Positions 1-8,649 of a stretch of 64,000 nt of DNA are shown here, one piece after another. Under the pieces are notes generated by a model that searched no databases, was not told where the DNA came from, and worked only from the letters and a program-made list of their open reading frames with translations. Every line of letters starts with the position of its first letter. The first letter of the stretch is position 1. Origin of the DNA: Candidatus Obscuribacterales bacterium. Its GTDB lineage: Bacteria; Cyanobacteriota; Vampirovibrionia; Obscuribacterales; Obscuribacteraceae. Position numbers and translations under genes: made by a program. The DNA lies in contig DATNQY010000219.1 in assembly GCA_036703785.1 (NCBI GenBank), positions 9,908-73,907 on the forward strand, read 5' to 3'.

Positions 1-720
1 CTCATGCGCGGCCGCAGCTTCCATATCCCGCAGCCCCATCATGTTCTGTCCGTCTGACGCCGTGGTGCGCAGCAGGATCACCACCGGCTTGCGAGAGCGG
101 CGAATCAAATCGAGATTATTTTCCTGCATCGCCGAAAGCACAGCCTGAGCAGGAAGCAGCCACTTCGACGTTTGCCCGCGAATGTCGTTTTCAAATAAAC
201 CAAGGCCGAGCTTGTTGACGAAGTGGTTGGTCCAAAAGACATACACATCAGCTTCGTCCGGATTGTCGGTGAGTCGGTAGGAATAGAGTCCCTCGGGCTC
301 GAGCACCTTCCAGGACGAAACTCCTCTAACCGCAGCTTGATACATCTCCTCGGAAAATGGCGTCACCTGCGGAAGCGAGCCTATCTTGCCCTGTTCGAGA
401 ACCGCAACCACGGCGTCACCCCAGTGCGCGGTGTTAGCGGTGTTGGTAACGGGAGCGCCAGTCGCCGGATCGATAATTTGATCCAGCGACAATCCATTTG
501 ACACCCATACTTTTATCGGCATCTGCTGCGGGATCCACCGTGTGGTTTTGCCTTGATAGAGAAATTGCGGGTAAACCGTGCCTCCGCCCGCGGTGCCGGC
601 GGCAGAACCCGCTGCCGGCCTTGATCCTGGATGCTGCTTCGCCGCATTAGCGGACAACGGATGCAGCACCAGAGCGAAAATTGCCAGAGAAAAAACTGCA
701 ATTCTTACTGCAAGTTTCAT
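1..720 (-). CDS. secreted putative Zn-metalloprotease-like protein (partial, C-terminus beyond left edge)
   Basis: Own translation of the minus strand: ATG at 720-718, then an open frame to base 1 (240 codons; absent from the ORF track because there is no stop in the window). The N-terminus MKLAVRIAVFSLAIFALVLHPLSANA looks like a Sec signal peptide. The frame ends ...EAAAAHE at the edge, compatible with the start of an HExxH site. Confidence 0.55.
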   Translation of the reverse strand, partial: MKLAVRIAVFSLAIFALVLHPLSANAAKQHPGSRPAAGSAAGTAGGGTVYPQFLYQGKTTRWIPQQMPIKVWVSNGLSLDQIIDPATGAPVTNTANTAHWGDAVVAVLEQGKIGSLPQVTPFSEEMYQAAVRGVSSWKVLEPEGLYSYRLTDNPDEADVYVFWTNHFVNKLGLGLFENDIRGQTSKWLLPAQAVLSAMQENNLDLIRRSRKPVVILLRTTASDGQNMMGLRDMEAAAAHE

Positions 721-875
721 CTTTGCTCCTTCTCTTGGCTAACCGAAGCAAAACTGCAAATCGACCGACCTGTTTAGGTTTTACCCATAGCTGGGCGTCG
801 TCATTCAGCATCGGGCAGACGCTTGTCGATATCAATTAAACCAACCACAATATAGGGCGACACGACAACAGGTGG

Positions 876-1625
876 ATGGAAAAAATGGCGTTACCGGAAG
901 CATGGCAATCACCAGCCGCCGACGATATCGATCCGGACTCTCTGGAATATCTCTTTGGTCAAAAATTGGGCCGCGGCGACGTACCGTGGGTGAAGATTGT
1001 TCGCGAACCCGAGCCTGTGGCACGCATCAGCCCTGAGATGATCAGGCTGCAAGCCAAGCTCGAAATGCTTGTGACTCAACTGGAAATTTATGCCGGCAAG
1101 CTGACCGCGGCGCACCATGAGCTCGGTTTTGCGCGCGCCGAGATTGCCGAGAAGGACAAGCAACTGACTTTGATGGAATATTATCGTGCGCGCGCCGCCA
1201 AGGCGATAGCTTCCGACGTCGAGCTTGAGCAGCTCCGGATGCGGGTCTGCGAGCTCGAGCAGCAGTTGCTCGATGAGATGCATCACCGTTATCAGCAGCC
1301 GACGTTCGTCTTGAAAATTGCAGAACCGGCACCGGTTGCGGTGATCGCGAACGAAGCCGCGGGCTCCCTGCCGTCCGGGAAAGTTCCGTCGCAAGCTAAG
1401 TTGCAGGCGATAAGTACGATTGCGGCCCAAATAGCGCACGCTGAGGGCGCTCCTGCCAAGGCGCCGGCTCGCGGCACAGAGCCGAGCAACCACGATGAGT
1501 ACCTTGAACGAGCGCTTGCTCGGCATGGCGACCACGGCGTTGGATTGAGTATTTCGCTGCTGCCTATTAACTACCTTTTGGCGGTCGCAGTTGCGGCTCT
1601 TATCCTGTTGACCATCGTCGTATAA
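876..1625 (+). CDS. coiled-coil protein with C-terminal transmembrane anchor (hypothetical)
   Basis: 249-aa ORF. The centre is heptad-like and charged (LEMLVTQLEIYAGKL, ELEQLRMRVCELEQQLL). The hydrophobic C-terminus is LLPINYLLAVAVAALILLTIVV. AGGTGG abuts 876, so the second ATG (885) may be the true start. The mirror ORF 909..1628(-) is Arg-rich and judged spurious. Confidence 0.55.
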   Translation: MEKMALPEAWQSPAADDIDPDSLEYLFGQKLGRGDVPWVKIVREPEPVARISPEMIRLQAKLEMLVTQLEIYAGKLTAAHHELGFARAEIAEKDKQLTLMEYYRARAAKAIASDVELEQLRMRVCELEQQLLDEMHHRYQQPTFVLKIAEPAPVAVIANEAAGSLPSGKVPSQAKLQAISTIAAQIAHAEGAPAKAPARGTEPSNHDEYLERALARHGDHGVGLSISLLPINYLLAVAVAALILLTIVV

Positions 1626-1850
1626 CAATAGGCGCTCTCAACATTTCGTTAAAGATCCGCCGATTGGCGGCTTTTGGCCGATTTGTTGAAATGCCGAAAA
1701 CCCTGTCTAATTCCGGCGGGAACAAAGTTGTTATGGATGAGTCTGATATGGCAGGTATGCTTCACAAAGCCACACACTCGTAAGGAAATCGTTAAAGACG
1801 AGGAGACGGGTGTTTTTTCGAGGTACAAATAAAACAGTTCGAACAACGTG

Positions 1851-1915
1851 TCGCAGACACTCCAGACAGAGGGACTTGAGGGATCGAGTCCGTTGGGGCA
1901 GCACCAACCCTGCGG
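1851..1915 (+). ncRNA. structured RNA element, copy 1 (unclassified; riboswitch-like or sRNA)
   Basis: Closing helix CGCAG(1852-1856)/CTGCG(1910-1914). Hairpin GGACT-TGAGGGATCG-AGTCC (1872-1891). Hairpin GTTGG-GGCAGCA-CCAAC (1892-1908). Near-identical copy at 2054-2118 with a compensatory base-pair change. Confidence 0.55.
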
Positions 1916-1930
1916 TCAATTAAAGAAGTA

Positions 1931-1962
1931 AAAAGCCCGGTCGTCAGACCGGGCTTTTTGTT
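1931..1962 (+). terminator. intrinsic terminator after RNA element copy 1
   Basis: AAAAGCCCGGTC-GTCA-GACCGGGCTTTT, a 12-bp stem followed by TGTT. Confidence 0.75.
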
Positions 1963-2053
1963 GCCACCATATGTGGCGGCATACGCATACGTATGATCCT
2001 GTGTTTACTTCTATCGCAATTTGTACTATACAGGTGAGGACAACCCGATACCA

Positions 2054-2118
2054 CCCGCAGTATCTCCAGGGAGGGGCTTGAGGGATCGAGCCCGTTGGGG
2101 CAGCACCAACCCTGCGGT
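2054..2118 (+). ncRNA. structured RNA element, copy 2 (unclassified)
   Basis: Same architecture as copy 1: CGCAG(2056-2060)/CTGCG(2112-2116), hairpin GGGCT-TGAGGGATCG-AGCCC (2074-2093), hairpin GTTGG-GGCAGCA-CCAAC. Confidence 0.55.
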
Positions 2119-2125
2119 CATAAGT

Positions 2126-2158
2126 AAAGAGGCGAGGCACCACCCTCGCCTCTTTCTT
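2126..2158 (+). terminator. intrinsic terminator after RNA element copy 2, immediately 5' of glmU
   Basis: AAAGAGGCGAGG-CACCAC-CCTCGCCTCTTT followed by CTT; ends 38 nt before the glmU ATG. Confidence 0.7.
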
Positions 2159-2195
2159 GCTAAACTTCGCAGCACGTTGTTTGGCAGGTGACCGT

Positions 2196-3599
2196 ATGAC
2201 AAGTAGTACCAACAACTCAGTTCGCGCAGTGGTGCTGGCGGCAGGACAGGGCAAGCGGATGAAGTCCGCGCGCGCCAAGGTGCTGCACGATGTGCTTGGA
2301 AAGCCTATTCTCGCTCGCATCCTCGATGCCCTGGATAAGCTGGGCACGGAAAAGATTCACGTCGTGATTGGACACGGCGCGGCGCAGATTGTCGAATATC
2401 TCGATACCACTCCTCCGGCAACGCCCTGCAGCACTCATGTCCAAGAGCCTCAGTTAGGAACCGGGCACGCTCTGCAACAGGTAGCGCCCGACCTCACCAA
2501 ATTCAGTGGCACGCTTTTAGTCACCGTGGGTGATGCCCCGTTGCTCACCACCGCTACGTTGAGCGAGTTCATCGCCAAGCACAAAGAAGACAAGGCGGTG
2601 CTTAGCCTGCTCACCACGTATGTGGACAATCCCAAGAATTACGGGCGCATCGTGCGGGATTTGCAGGGGCAAGTCGCCAAAATTGTCGAAGATAAAGATG
2701 CCACTGAAGAACAAAAGCGCATTCGGGAGATTAATCCAGCCATCTACTGCCTTGAATGGCCTAAGGTCGCCGAAGGGCTGAACTCGCTGAAGAACGATAA
2801 CAAACAGAAAGAATATTATCTGACCGATCTCGTCGCCTGGGCGCACGACCACAAACTGGCGATATCGAGTTTGGTGGCAATGGACTGGCGAGAGGTGGCT
2901 GCCATCAACTCGCGGGCAGAACTGGCGGAGGCGACTTCGTTGCTGCGAGATCGCACCATTGAGTCGTTGATGGTCGAAGGCGTCACCATTGTCGACACTA
3001 AAGGAACTTGGATAGCCCCTGAAGCGGTCATCGGCAATGACACCACCATCATGCCTGGCTGCTACATTACGGGCGACGTTTCAATCGGCTCCAATTGCGT
3101 TATCGGACCAAACACCGTGATACATGGTCCGGTGAAAATCGGTGAGCGGACAACTGTGGCTCAGTCCCTCGTCGTTAATTCGCAAATCGGATCCGACTGC
3201 AAGGTGGGCCCGTTTTCGCATTTGCGCGAACACACTGTGGTCGGCGACAAGTGCCGGGTGGGCAACTTCGTGGAAATCAAAAAGAGCACCATCGCCGGAT
3301 CTACTAACGCATCGCACTTGAGTTATGTGGGCGACGCAACCGTCGGCACCAAGGTCAACATTGGCGCCGGCACCATAACAGCCAACTATAACCATCTGAC
3401 CGGCAAGAAGTTCAGCACCGTCATAGAAGATGGTGCCTCTACCGGCAGCAATTCCGTTTTGGTGGCGCCGATAAAGTTAGGCAAACGCTCAAGCGTCGGC
3501 GCCGGAACCGTGGCGACGAAAGACGTGCCCGACGGTGCACTGGCCGTCGGACGGGCTCGACAAGAAAACAAAGAAGGCTGGTCTGACCGCCAAAAGTAG
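2196..3599 (+). CDS. glmU: bifunctional UDP-N-acetylglucosamine pyrophosphorylase / glucosamine-1-phosphate N-acetyltransferase
   Basis: From Met-14 of the tracked ORF the protein reads MTSSTNNSVRAVVLAAGQGKRM, the LAAGxGxRM nucleotidyltransferase loop. The C-terminal half is left-handed beta-helix hexapeptide repeats (IGSNCVIGPNTVIHGPVKIGERTTV...). The 2157 start would lie inside the upstream terminator. Confidence 0.85.
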   Translation: MTSSTNNSVRAVVLAAGQGKRMKSARAKVLHDVLGKPILARILDALDKLGTEKIHVVIGHGAAQIVEYLDTTPPATPCSTHVQEPQLGTGHALQQVAPDLTKFSGTLLVTVGDAPLLTTATLSEFIAKHKEDKAVLSLLTTYVDNPKNYGRIVRDLQGQVAKIVEDKDATEEQKRIREINPAIYCLEWPKVAEGLNSLKNDNKQKEYYLTDLVAWAHDHKLAISSLVAMDWREVAAINSRAELAEATSLLRDRTIESLMVEGVTIVDTKGTWIAPEAVIGNDTTIMPGCYITGDVSIGSNCVIGPNTVIHGPVKIGERTTVAQSLVVNSQIGSDCKVGPFSHLREHTVVGDKCRVGNFVEIKKSTIAGSTNASHLSYVGDATVGTKVNIGAGTITANYNHLTGKKFSTVIEDGASTGSNSVLVAPIKLGKRSSVGAGTVATKDVPDGALAVGRARQENKEGWSDRQK

Positions 3600-3644
3600 T
3601 GCAAAGCGGGCTTCCGCCCGCCGCTACCATGCCTCGCTAATCGA

Positions 3645-3830
3645 TTACGCTTGTCTCGGGGGCAGCGGGCCTAGCGGATCGAGCTTGAAGCACTTCTCGA
3701 GCTGATCGCGATATTGCAAGTTAGTGAGCGCATCGTGGGAGTACATTTCATCTTCCCAATAGCTGGACTCACGACCTTTGAGCTCCTCAAGCCGTTTGAG
3801 GAGATGGGCCGGCAAACTTACGTCTTCCAT
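3645..3830 (-). CDS. small hypothetical protein (61 aa)
   Basis: Tracked ORF convergent with glmU, with GGAAAAG upstream of the ATG. No recognisable motif. Confidence 0.35.
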   Translation of the reverse strand: MEDVSLPAHLLKRLEELKGRESSYWEDEMYSHDALTNLQYRDQLEKCFKLDPLGPLPPRQA

Positions 3831-4190
3831 TACTTTTCCGTTTCTAGTCCGATATATCTATCGGATAACCCCAAGCCTATCGTAGCAGTGTCGTGGGGCG
3901 ATGCCACCACATGTGGTTCTGCTGCCGATCAATTTCCCAACACCAAACAACAGTTTAGTCATCAGCAGCGAAAGAACAAGCATTGACTTTTTGGTGCCTA
4001 CCCTCCAACTTACACCCTGGCGAAAAAGTCAGTTTTGTTTAAAAGAACGACACTAAAACCGGCATATACAGCGGCATCCCGGTAAATATGGGCAAGCTAT
4101 AGCCCGGATAATCCGCCCAACTGGTCGCTGTTTCAGAGCGCAGTCAACAAGGCGGGAACGAGCCCCCCCCATGACATCGGGACGCCCGCG

Positions 4191-4263
4191 ATGGAATAGA
4201 AATGGACTCCGCTTTATTCCATTAACGTTCAATGGAATAAGAAATGACCGTTTCTTATTCCAT
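4191..4263. repeat. cluster of four ATGGAATA/TATTCCAT units forming two hairpins
   Basis: ATGGAATA at 4191 and 4232; TATTCCAT at 4215 and 4256. The second pair forms a perfect 13-bp stem, ATGGAATAAGAAA-TGACCG-TTTCTTATTCCAT (4232-4263). Lies just 3' of the PLD-HTH gene. Confidence 0.6.
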
Positions 4264-4285
4264 GCCGCGCGTCAGGAATCCGGCA

Positions 4286-5323
4286 TCACATTCCATGTGT
4301 GCGCCGTGATGCGGTAATGGCGTCAACTTCCGGCAGGAGTTGTGCATCTGTGACGACGACATCAAGACCCAGTACCCAGCAAATCCGCCCGAGCAAATCC
4401 ATCCGAATATTGCGTTTACCGGTCTCGATTTGAGAAATCACCCTCTGGCTAGTACGCGCGAACGTTGCAAGTCGCTGTTGGGTCCACCCCAACAGAACTC
4501 GTTTTTCTATGATGTATTTGCCAATACGCTCGAGCCTCAGATTCAACGGTCGCATCGCCGATATCGGCACAAACGAAGACTTGGCGCTGCCGGCGACCGT
4601 CAAAGATTCGACACTGTGCCACAGATAGCTCTCTGTGATAGAGATGTCTAAACCAAGCACGTCACAGACATGCCCAATTAGATCTAAGGTCACATTGTGA
4701 GTACCACACTCGAGATCGGAAATCGTTCGCTGCGAGGTTTCAGCCCTGGCCGCCAGTTGCTTCTGTGACCAACCCAACAATTCGCGTCGTCGGAGAATAT
4801 GCTTCCCCAGATTAACAAACCGCGGCTGTGCACGCGACAATCGTGCATGAGGTGTCCGGCAAAGAGCATCATGTTGAATGAGTGCTTTCATGACGACCGC
4901 TCGACTCACCCAGCGATTGAGGCGTTCAGTGGTCTTGTAATGACTCAAGAAATTCAAGCTGCCGTCCCATAGAACACAATCGTCCATCATAAACAACTTC
5001 TCGTGCATGTCCTTTCGCAGTGTTACGTGAACTCCCACCGACAACAGCAATCCGATTGCATCCATCGTTTTCTTAATTCGTGTGCGCACGTAACCTGGGA
5101 GCGGAAATGACGGATCATCGCGATGCTTCCATCCATCTGGTTCCTGGATGAAAACACAAACGTGAACACCCCGATCGACCGCCGCCCGAAAGTCCGGAAG
5201 CCAACGCTGAACTCCATCCGGGGTCGCATAGGGCGAAAACGAAACGATGCGCCCGCGCGCCGATCGGATATCGGTGGCCAGCTTCGCTTGGTAGGTGTGG
5301 TGGAAGTAAACGCGTGATTTCAT
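4286..5323 (-). CDS. PLD-superfamily (HKD) nuclease-like domain fused to two XRE-type helix-turn-helix domains
   Basis: Single HKD motif HEKLFMMDDCVLWDGSLNF (HxK-x4-D-x6-GSxN). Two C-terminal HTH_XRE-like repeats (LLGWSQKQLAARAETSQRTISDLECG and LLGWTQQRLATFARTSQRVISQIETG). AGAGGGA RBS precedes the ATG at 5323 (MKSRVYFHH), preferred over the tracked 5365 start. Confidence 0.7.
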   Translation of the reverse strand: MKSRVYFHHTYQAKLATDIRSARGRIVSFSPYATPDGVQRWLPDFRAAVDRGVHVCVFIQEPDGWKHRDDPSFPLPGYVRTRIKKTMDAIGLLLSVGVHVTLRKDMHEKLFMMDDCVLWDGSLNFLSHYKTTERLNRWVSRAVVMKALIQHDALCRTPHARLSRAQPRFVNLGKHILRRRELLGWSQKQLAARAETSQRTISDLECGTHNVTLDLIGHVCDVLGLDISITESYLWHSVESLTVAGSAKSSFVPISAMRPLNLRLERIGKYIIEKRVLLGWTQQRLATFARTSQRVISQIETGKRNIRMDLLGRICWVLGLDVVVTDAQLLPEVDAITASRRTHGM

Positions 5324-5509
5324 GGCAATCCCTCTGGGCGGAACGTGGCATCGTCGACGCGTCAAATTTCACATCCGAAGCTGGCAACTTTCCGGCAAAA
5401 AGCATGCGGAAATTACGAGGCGGCCGAATTAATCTAATCCGGGCAACTGGGAGTAATCAACTCCGATCATTGGCGACTGATCGCTTGTATGTCAGACAGT
5501 TCGCGATTC

Positions 5510-7648
5510 TTACCGATGCTTGTTTTTGGGGGCCGGTGCTTTGTGCGACTTTGCGACGGCTGGATGCGGCGGAGTCTTGTCGAACACGAAGTTCTCCACA
5601 CCTTGCGCCAGTCCTTCCGCCGCGCGTTCCTGTCCGGCATCAGTAAGCTCGGCGGCGTACTCGTCCGGATTGATCATAAAAGCCACTTCCGCCAGTCCGG
5701 ACACTTGCCTGCTCGGCCGGCACAGCGCCAGATTTTGCCATCGCGTGTGGAAGTCGACAAAGCCCGCCTTGTTCACCACGCCCTGGCGCACGAGAGTGGC
5801 GAAAGCCAACGCTTGAGGATGATAGTAATAAGACGAGGTGCCGTGTTCGGTCAACGGGTTGCGAGCATCCGGCAAAGAATTGTGGTGAACTGACAACAGC
5901 AAGTCGCAATTGTTATCCGATGCAACTTTTACCCGGTCTTCGAGTGAAACTTTTACGTCGCCGTCACGGGTCATAATCACCGTTGCACCACGCTGCTTTA
6001 GAATACCTTCGAGCCTTTTAGCGACCGCAAAATTTAGCGTTGCTTCTTTAATGCCCGACAGTCCGATCGCCCCCGTCTCGCTGCCGCCATGACCAGGATC
6101 GACGCAAATCTTCAAACCTCGCAATGATCCCGGCACCACTTTCGGTGCACCTTTGATGTGGAGCACGAGATTCGTCCCCTCGTAGTCACCCCAGAATCCC
6201 CACTGTTTTTTGACGTTTAGATTGATGGTGGCAAGGTAAACGCGGTCAGCGATTTGCTGCCAGGTAATGAAAGTGACGGGGTTGCGTGCTCGATCTGCAG
6301 GGAACGCCCGTCCCAGGTAGGGTCCTTTGGTGACCGCGGGCAAACTTCCAACCGCACTCGCACCGGCGGCCTTTAGCCCGCTTTTTCGCCGCACGATGGG
6401 AAGTGTTTGTTCCTCGAGTGGAAGCCCGCTGGCGGTAGCGACAGCCTCCGGGACAGCTTTAGAACTCGTGCTCGGCTCGGTAATCCAATCAGTGTCGGCC
6501 ACTGCGCCATAGATCCGCATCTGCAATCGATTGCCGCTGGTAATTTCCTGCTTCAGCTCGAATGGCAATCGCTGATTCAATGGCACCACGACACGCGCAC
6601 CATTCACTCCCTCGTTTTCAATATTGATCGTGCTCACTCGCGCAGATGGTGGCGAGCCGGCACCTTCGTTTCCGCTCAGCTCCGATTTGTCTATCCACAG
6701 ATGTTTGTCAGCACTCATCAAGCAACGGTATTGGTCGCCGACATAGCCGTCGACCAATACACGCACGCCGGCAGGCATCGGCGTGGTGCGGCCGGCACCG
6801 GGGCCGACGCGCACGATAGTTTGATCGTGCACCGTGCTCGAGAGAAATGGTTGGTCGAGTACCGTTATTCTGCCATCGCCATTTTCGTGAAGAGTGACGC
6901 CATCTTTGAGAAGGAAGAATTGCGGCGTCTCGTTGTGCCAGGAATCAGCGGCCGACACACGATAGAACCCAGTGTACAGATCCTTTATTGTGGCAGCCGT
7001 TTTTTGATAGGTAACACCGAAAGCAGTGTCGAGACCACGATTCGGAGATGAAGTTCCGGGCGGCTGCAGTGGCACCACCACGGTTCCGATTTTCACGGAT
7101 GCCTGTCCTCCGGGGCTGGCACGCATGCCAAACTCAATCAGATCGCCAGGTTGGACGCCGATATCTTGATCCGGTTTCAATGACGATTTGAGAATTTGGG
7201 CGGGCTGTTCCGGCACCGGCGGCGGTGGCGCAGGGCGGTGTATGTTTAGAGTGAATACTTGATCCGGCGTGCCGTTTTTCACCAGATTAAACTGATTATT
7301 TCCCTGCGCGAGAGGCACGACTTGGGCGAAAAAGCCTTGTTTGTTTACCCGCACCGGTTGCCCGTTAAGTTCAAGCGTCGAGCCCGCTGATACCGCGCCG
7401 CCAATATAGGTGGAAGTCGCGTCTATGGTGGTGCCGTCGTGGGGATATGAAACGAAAATTCCGTTGCGGCTGACCCCTATCGGCTCTCTCGGCGAAATAT
7501 CGATGGTTGGGCTCGAGCTACCGTGCCGAGCCCCCGGCGGTTCCTGATTTTGAGCCGGTGTAGAGCCACCCCCGGAAAGAATGGATAGCAATCCCACGCA
7601 CACAATTGCAACTGCCGATTGTCCGTGAGCGCCCGCTCGCCGTGCCAT
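5510..7648 (-). CDS. N-acetylmuramoyl-L-alanine amidase with long N-terminal extension
   Basis: 712 aa with an N-terminal hydrophobic signal-like segment (AVAIVCVGLLSIL). The C-terminal Amidase_3-type region reads ICVDPGHGGSETGAIG...DLLLSVHHNS. Confidence 0.8.
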   Translation of the reverse strand: MARRAGAHGQSAVAIVCVGLLSILSGGGSTPAQNQEPPGARHGSSSPTIDISPREPIGVSRNGIFVSYPHDGTTIDATSTYIGGAVSAGSTLELNGQPVRVNKQGFFAQVVPLAQGNNQFNLVKNGTPDQVFTLNIHRPAPPPPVPEQPAQILKSSLKPDQDIGVQPGDLIEFGMRASPGGQASVKIGTVVVPLQPPGTSSPNRGLDTAFGVTYQKTAATIKDLYTGFYRVSAADSWHNETPQFFLLKDGVTLHENGDGRITVLDQPFLSSTVHDQTIVRVGPGAGRTTPMPAGVRVLVDGYVGDQYRCLMSADKHLWIDKSELSGNEGAGSPPSARVSTINIENEGVNGARVVVPLNQRLPFELKQEITSGNRLQMRIYGAVADTDWITEPSTSSKAVPEAVATASGLPLEEQTLPIVRRKSGLKAAGASAVGSLPAVTKGPYLGRAFPADRARNPVTFITWQQIADRVYLATINLNVKKQWGFWGDYEGTNLVLHIKGAPKVVPGSLRGLKICVDPGHGGSETGAIGLSGIKEATLNFAVAKRLEGILKQRGATVIMTRDGDVKVSLEDRVKVASDNNCDLLLSVHHNSLPDARNPLTEHGTSSYYYHPQALAFATLVRQGVVNKAGFVDFHTRWQNLALCRPSRQVSGLAEVAFMINPDEYAAELTDAGQERAAEGLAQGVENFVFDKTPPHPAVAKSHKAPAPKNKHR

Positions 7649-7678
7649 TTTTCAAGTTCCCCATGTAAAGTTGGACCT

Positions 7679-7702
7679 AGGGGCGATGCATGCATCGCCC
7701 CT
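7679..7702. promoter_or_regulatory. 24-bp perfect palindrome in the divergent amidase/cpdA intergenic region
   Basis: AGGGGCGATGCA|TGCATCGCCCCT, 12-bp arms with no spacer, between the divergent starts at 7648 and 7767. Confidence 0.5.
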
Positions 7703-7766
7703 ACACAGGATAACAGCATGATGTTAGTGTAAGCTTGTCGAGATTACGTGCGAGAATCACACGATT

Positions 7767-8564
7767 ATGGAATCCGTGACCATCGTCCAGCTCACCGATA
7801 CCCACTTTTTCGGAACGCCTGATGGCAAGCTGATGGGCGTCGATACTGCCGGCAGCTTTCGACAGGTAAAAGACCTCGTGCAACGCCATCAAGCGGCGCC
7901 GGATTTTTATTTGCTCACAGGCGACCTGTCACAGGATGAGACGGAGAATTCATATGCGCGGTTTGCCGAAGCGATTCGTGATTTCAAGGCGCCAGCGTAT
8001 TTTTTAGCAGGCAATCACGACGCGCGCGATTCCATGCACAAGGCGTTCGAAAACAGTGGCGCGCCCGTTCGTTTCGAAAAACATTTTGTAGCGGGCAAGT
8101 GGCAGGTGATTCTGCTCGATACGCAGATTCCCGGCGAAGTAGGCGGCAGATTGAGCGCGGCAGAGCTCAAGCGTTTAGACAAGTTGCTTTCTGATCACGC
8201 TGACAAACACGCGCTGGTTACCATGCATCATCATCCCGTGCCTGTAGGCTCGTCATGGCTAGACGGAATTCGCGTGGACAACGGCGCTGAGTTCATGGCG
8301 GTTTTATCGAAACACCAGAATGTGCGCGGCGTCCTCTGGGGGCATATTCATCAGGAGTTTGAGGGCAATCGCAATGGCTTGCGCCTGCTTGGCACACCCT
8401 CGACGTGCGTTCAGTTTAAGCCGAAATCGGCTGATTTTGCTCTTGACTCCATCCCGGCCGGCTATCGCCGACTGACACTGACGCCAGACGGCACCATAGA
8501 GACAGCGGTGTTGCGCGTCGACAAGGTGGCGGACGGGTTGGACTTTGCGTCGAAGGGATATTGA
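7767..8564 (+). CDS. cpdA: 3',5'-cyclic-nucleotide phosphodiesterase-like metallophosphoesterase
   Basis: Ordered metallophosphoesterase motifs DTHF, GDLSQDE, GNHD, HHHP and GHIH. The 265-aa size matches CpdA-type enzymes. Confidence 0.7.
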   Translation: MESVTIVQLTDTHFFGTPDGKLMGVDTAGSFRQVKDLVQRHQAAPDFYLLTGDLSQDETENSYARFAEAIRDFKAPAYFLAGNHDARDSMHKAFENSGAPVRFEKHFVAGKWQVILLDTQIPGEVGGRLSAAELKRLDKLLSDHADKHALVTMHHHPVPVGSSWLDGIRVDNGAEFMAVLSKHQNVRGVLWGHIHQEFEGNRNGLRLLGTPSTCVQFKPKSADFALDSIPAGYRRLTLTPDGTIETAVLRVDKVADGLDFASKGY

Positions 8565-8575
8565 TGTCAAAGCAA

Positions 8576-8597
8576 AGGCGGCGCTTTCGCACCGCCT
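8576..8597 (-). terminator. hairpin terminator downstream of the displaced tRNA 3' end (also 3' of cpdA)
   Basis: AGGCGGCGC-TTTC-GCACCGCCT. On the minus strand it is followed by TTTGCTTTG. Confidence 0.45.
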
Positions 8598-8606
8598 GCA
8601 GAAATT

Positions 8607-8649
8607 TGGAGCGTACCGGGGTCGAACCGGTGACCTCTTCAATGCCATG
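8607..8649 (-). pseudogene. displaced 3' fragment of tRNA-Ala (attL)
   Basis: The reverse complement reads ATGGCATTGAAGAGGTCACCGGTTCGACCCCGGTACGCTCCA: anticodon loop, T-arm and acceptor 3' strand only, with no D-arm or 5' acceptor upstream. It shares an 18-bp core (8631-8648) with the intact tRNA at 52607-52679. Confidence 0.75.

Noticed and set aside
909-1628. 239-aa minus-strand ORF mirroring 876..1625
   Set aside because: It is Arg/Gln-rich with no motif or RBS, and it is the exact antisense shadow of a plus-strand ORF that has coiled-coil periodicity and a C-terminal anchor.
1964-1985. CACCATATGTGGCGGCATACG, resembling 51534-51556 (CACCATATGTGGTGGCATAGG) in the prophage
   Set aside because: The match is 19 of 21. 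My rough estimate is that a few such matches are expected by chance in a 64-kb self-comparison, and there is no consistent context.
3714-3986. 90-aa plus-strand ORF
   Set aside because: It overlaps the 61-aa minus-strand ORF in antisense and has no RBS or motif. I could not support either strongly and kept only the minus-strand ORF, at low confidence.
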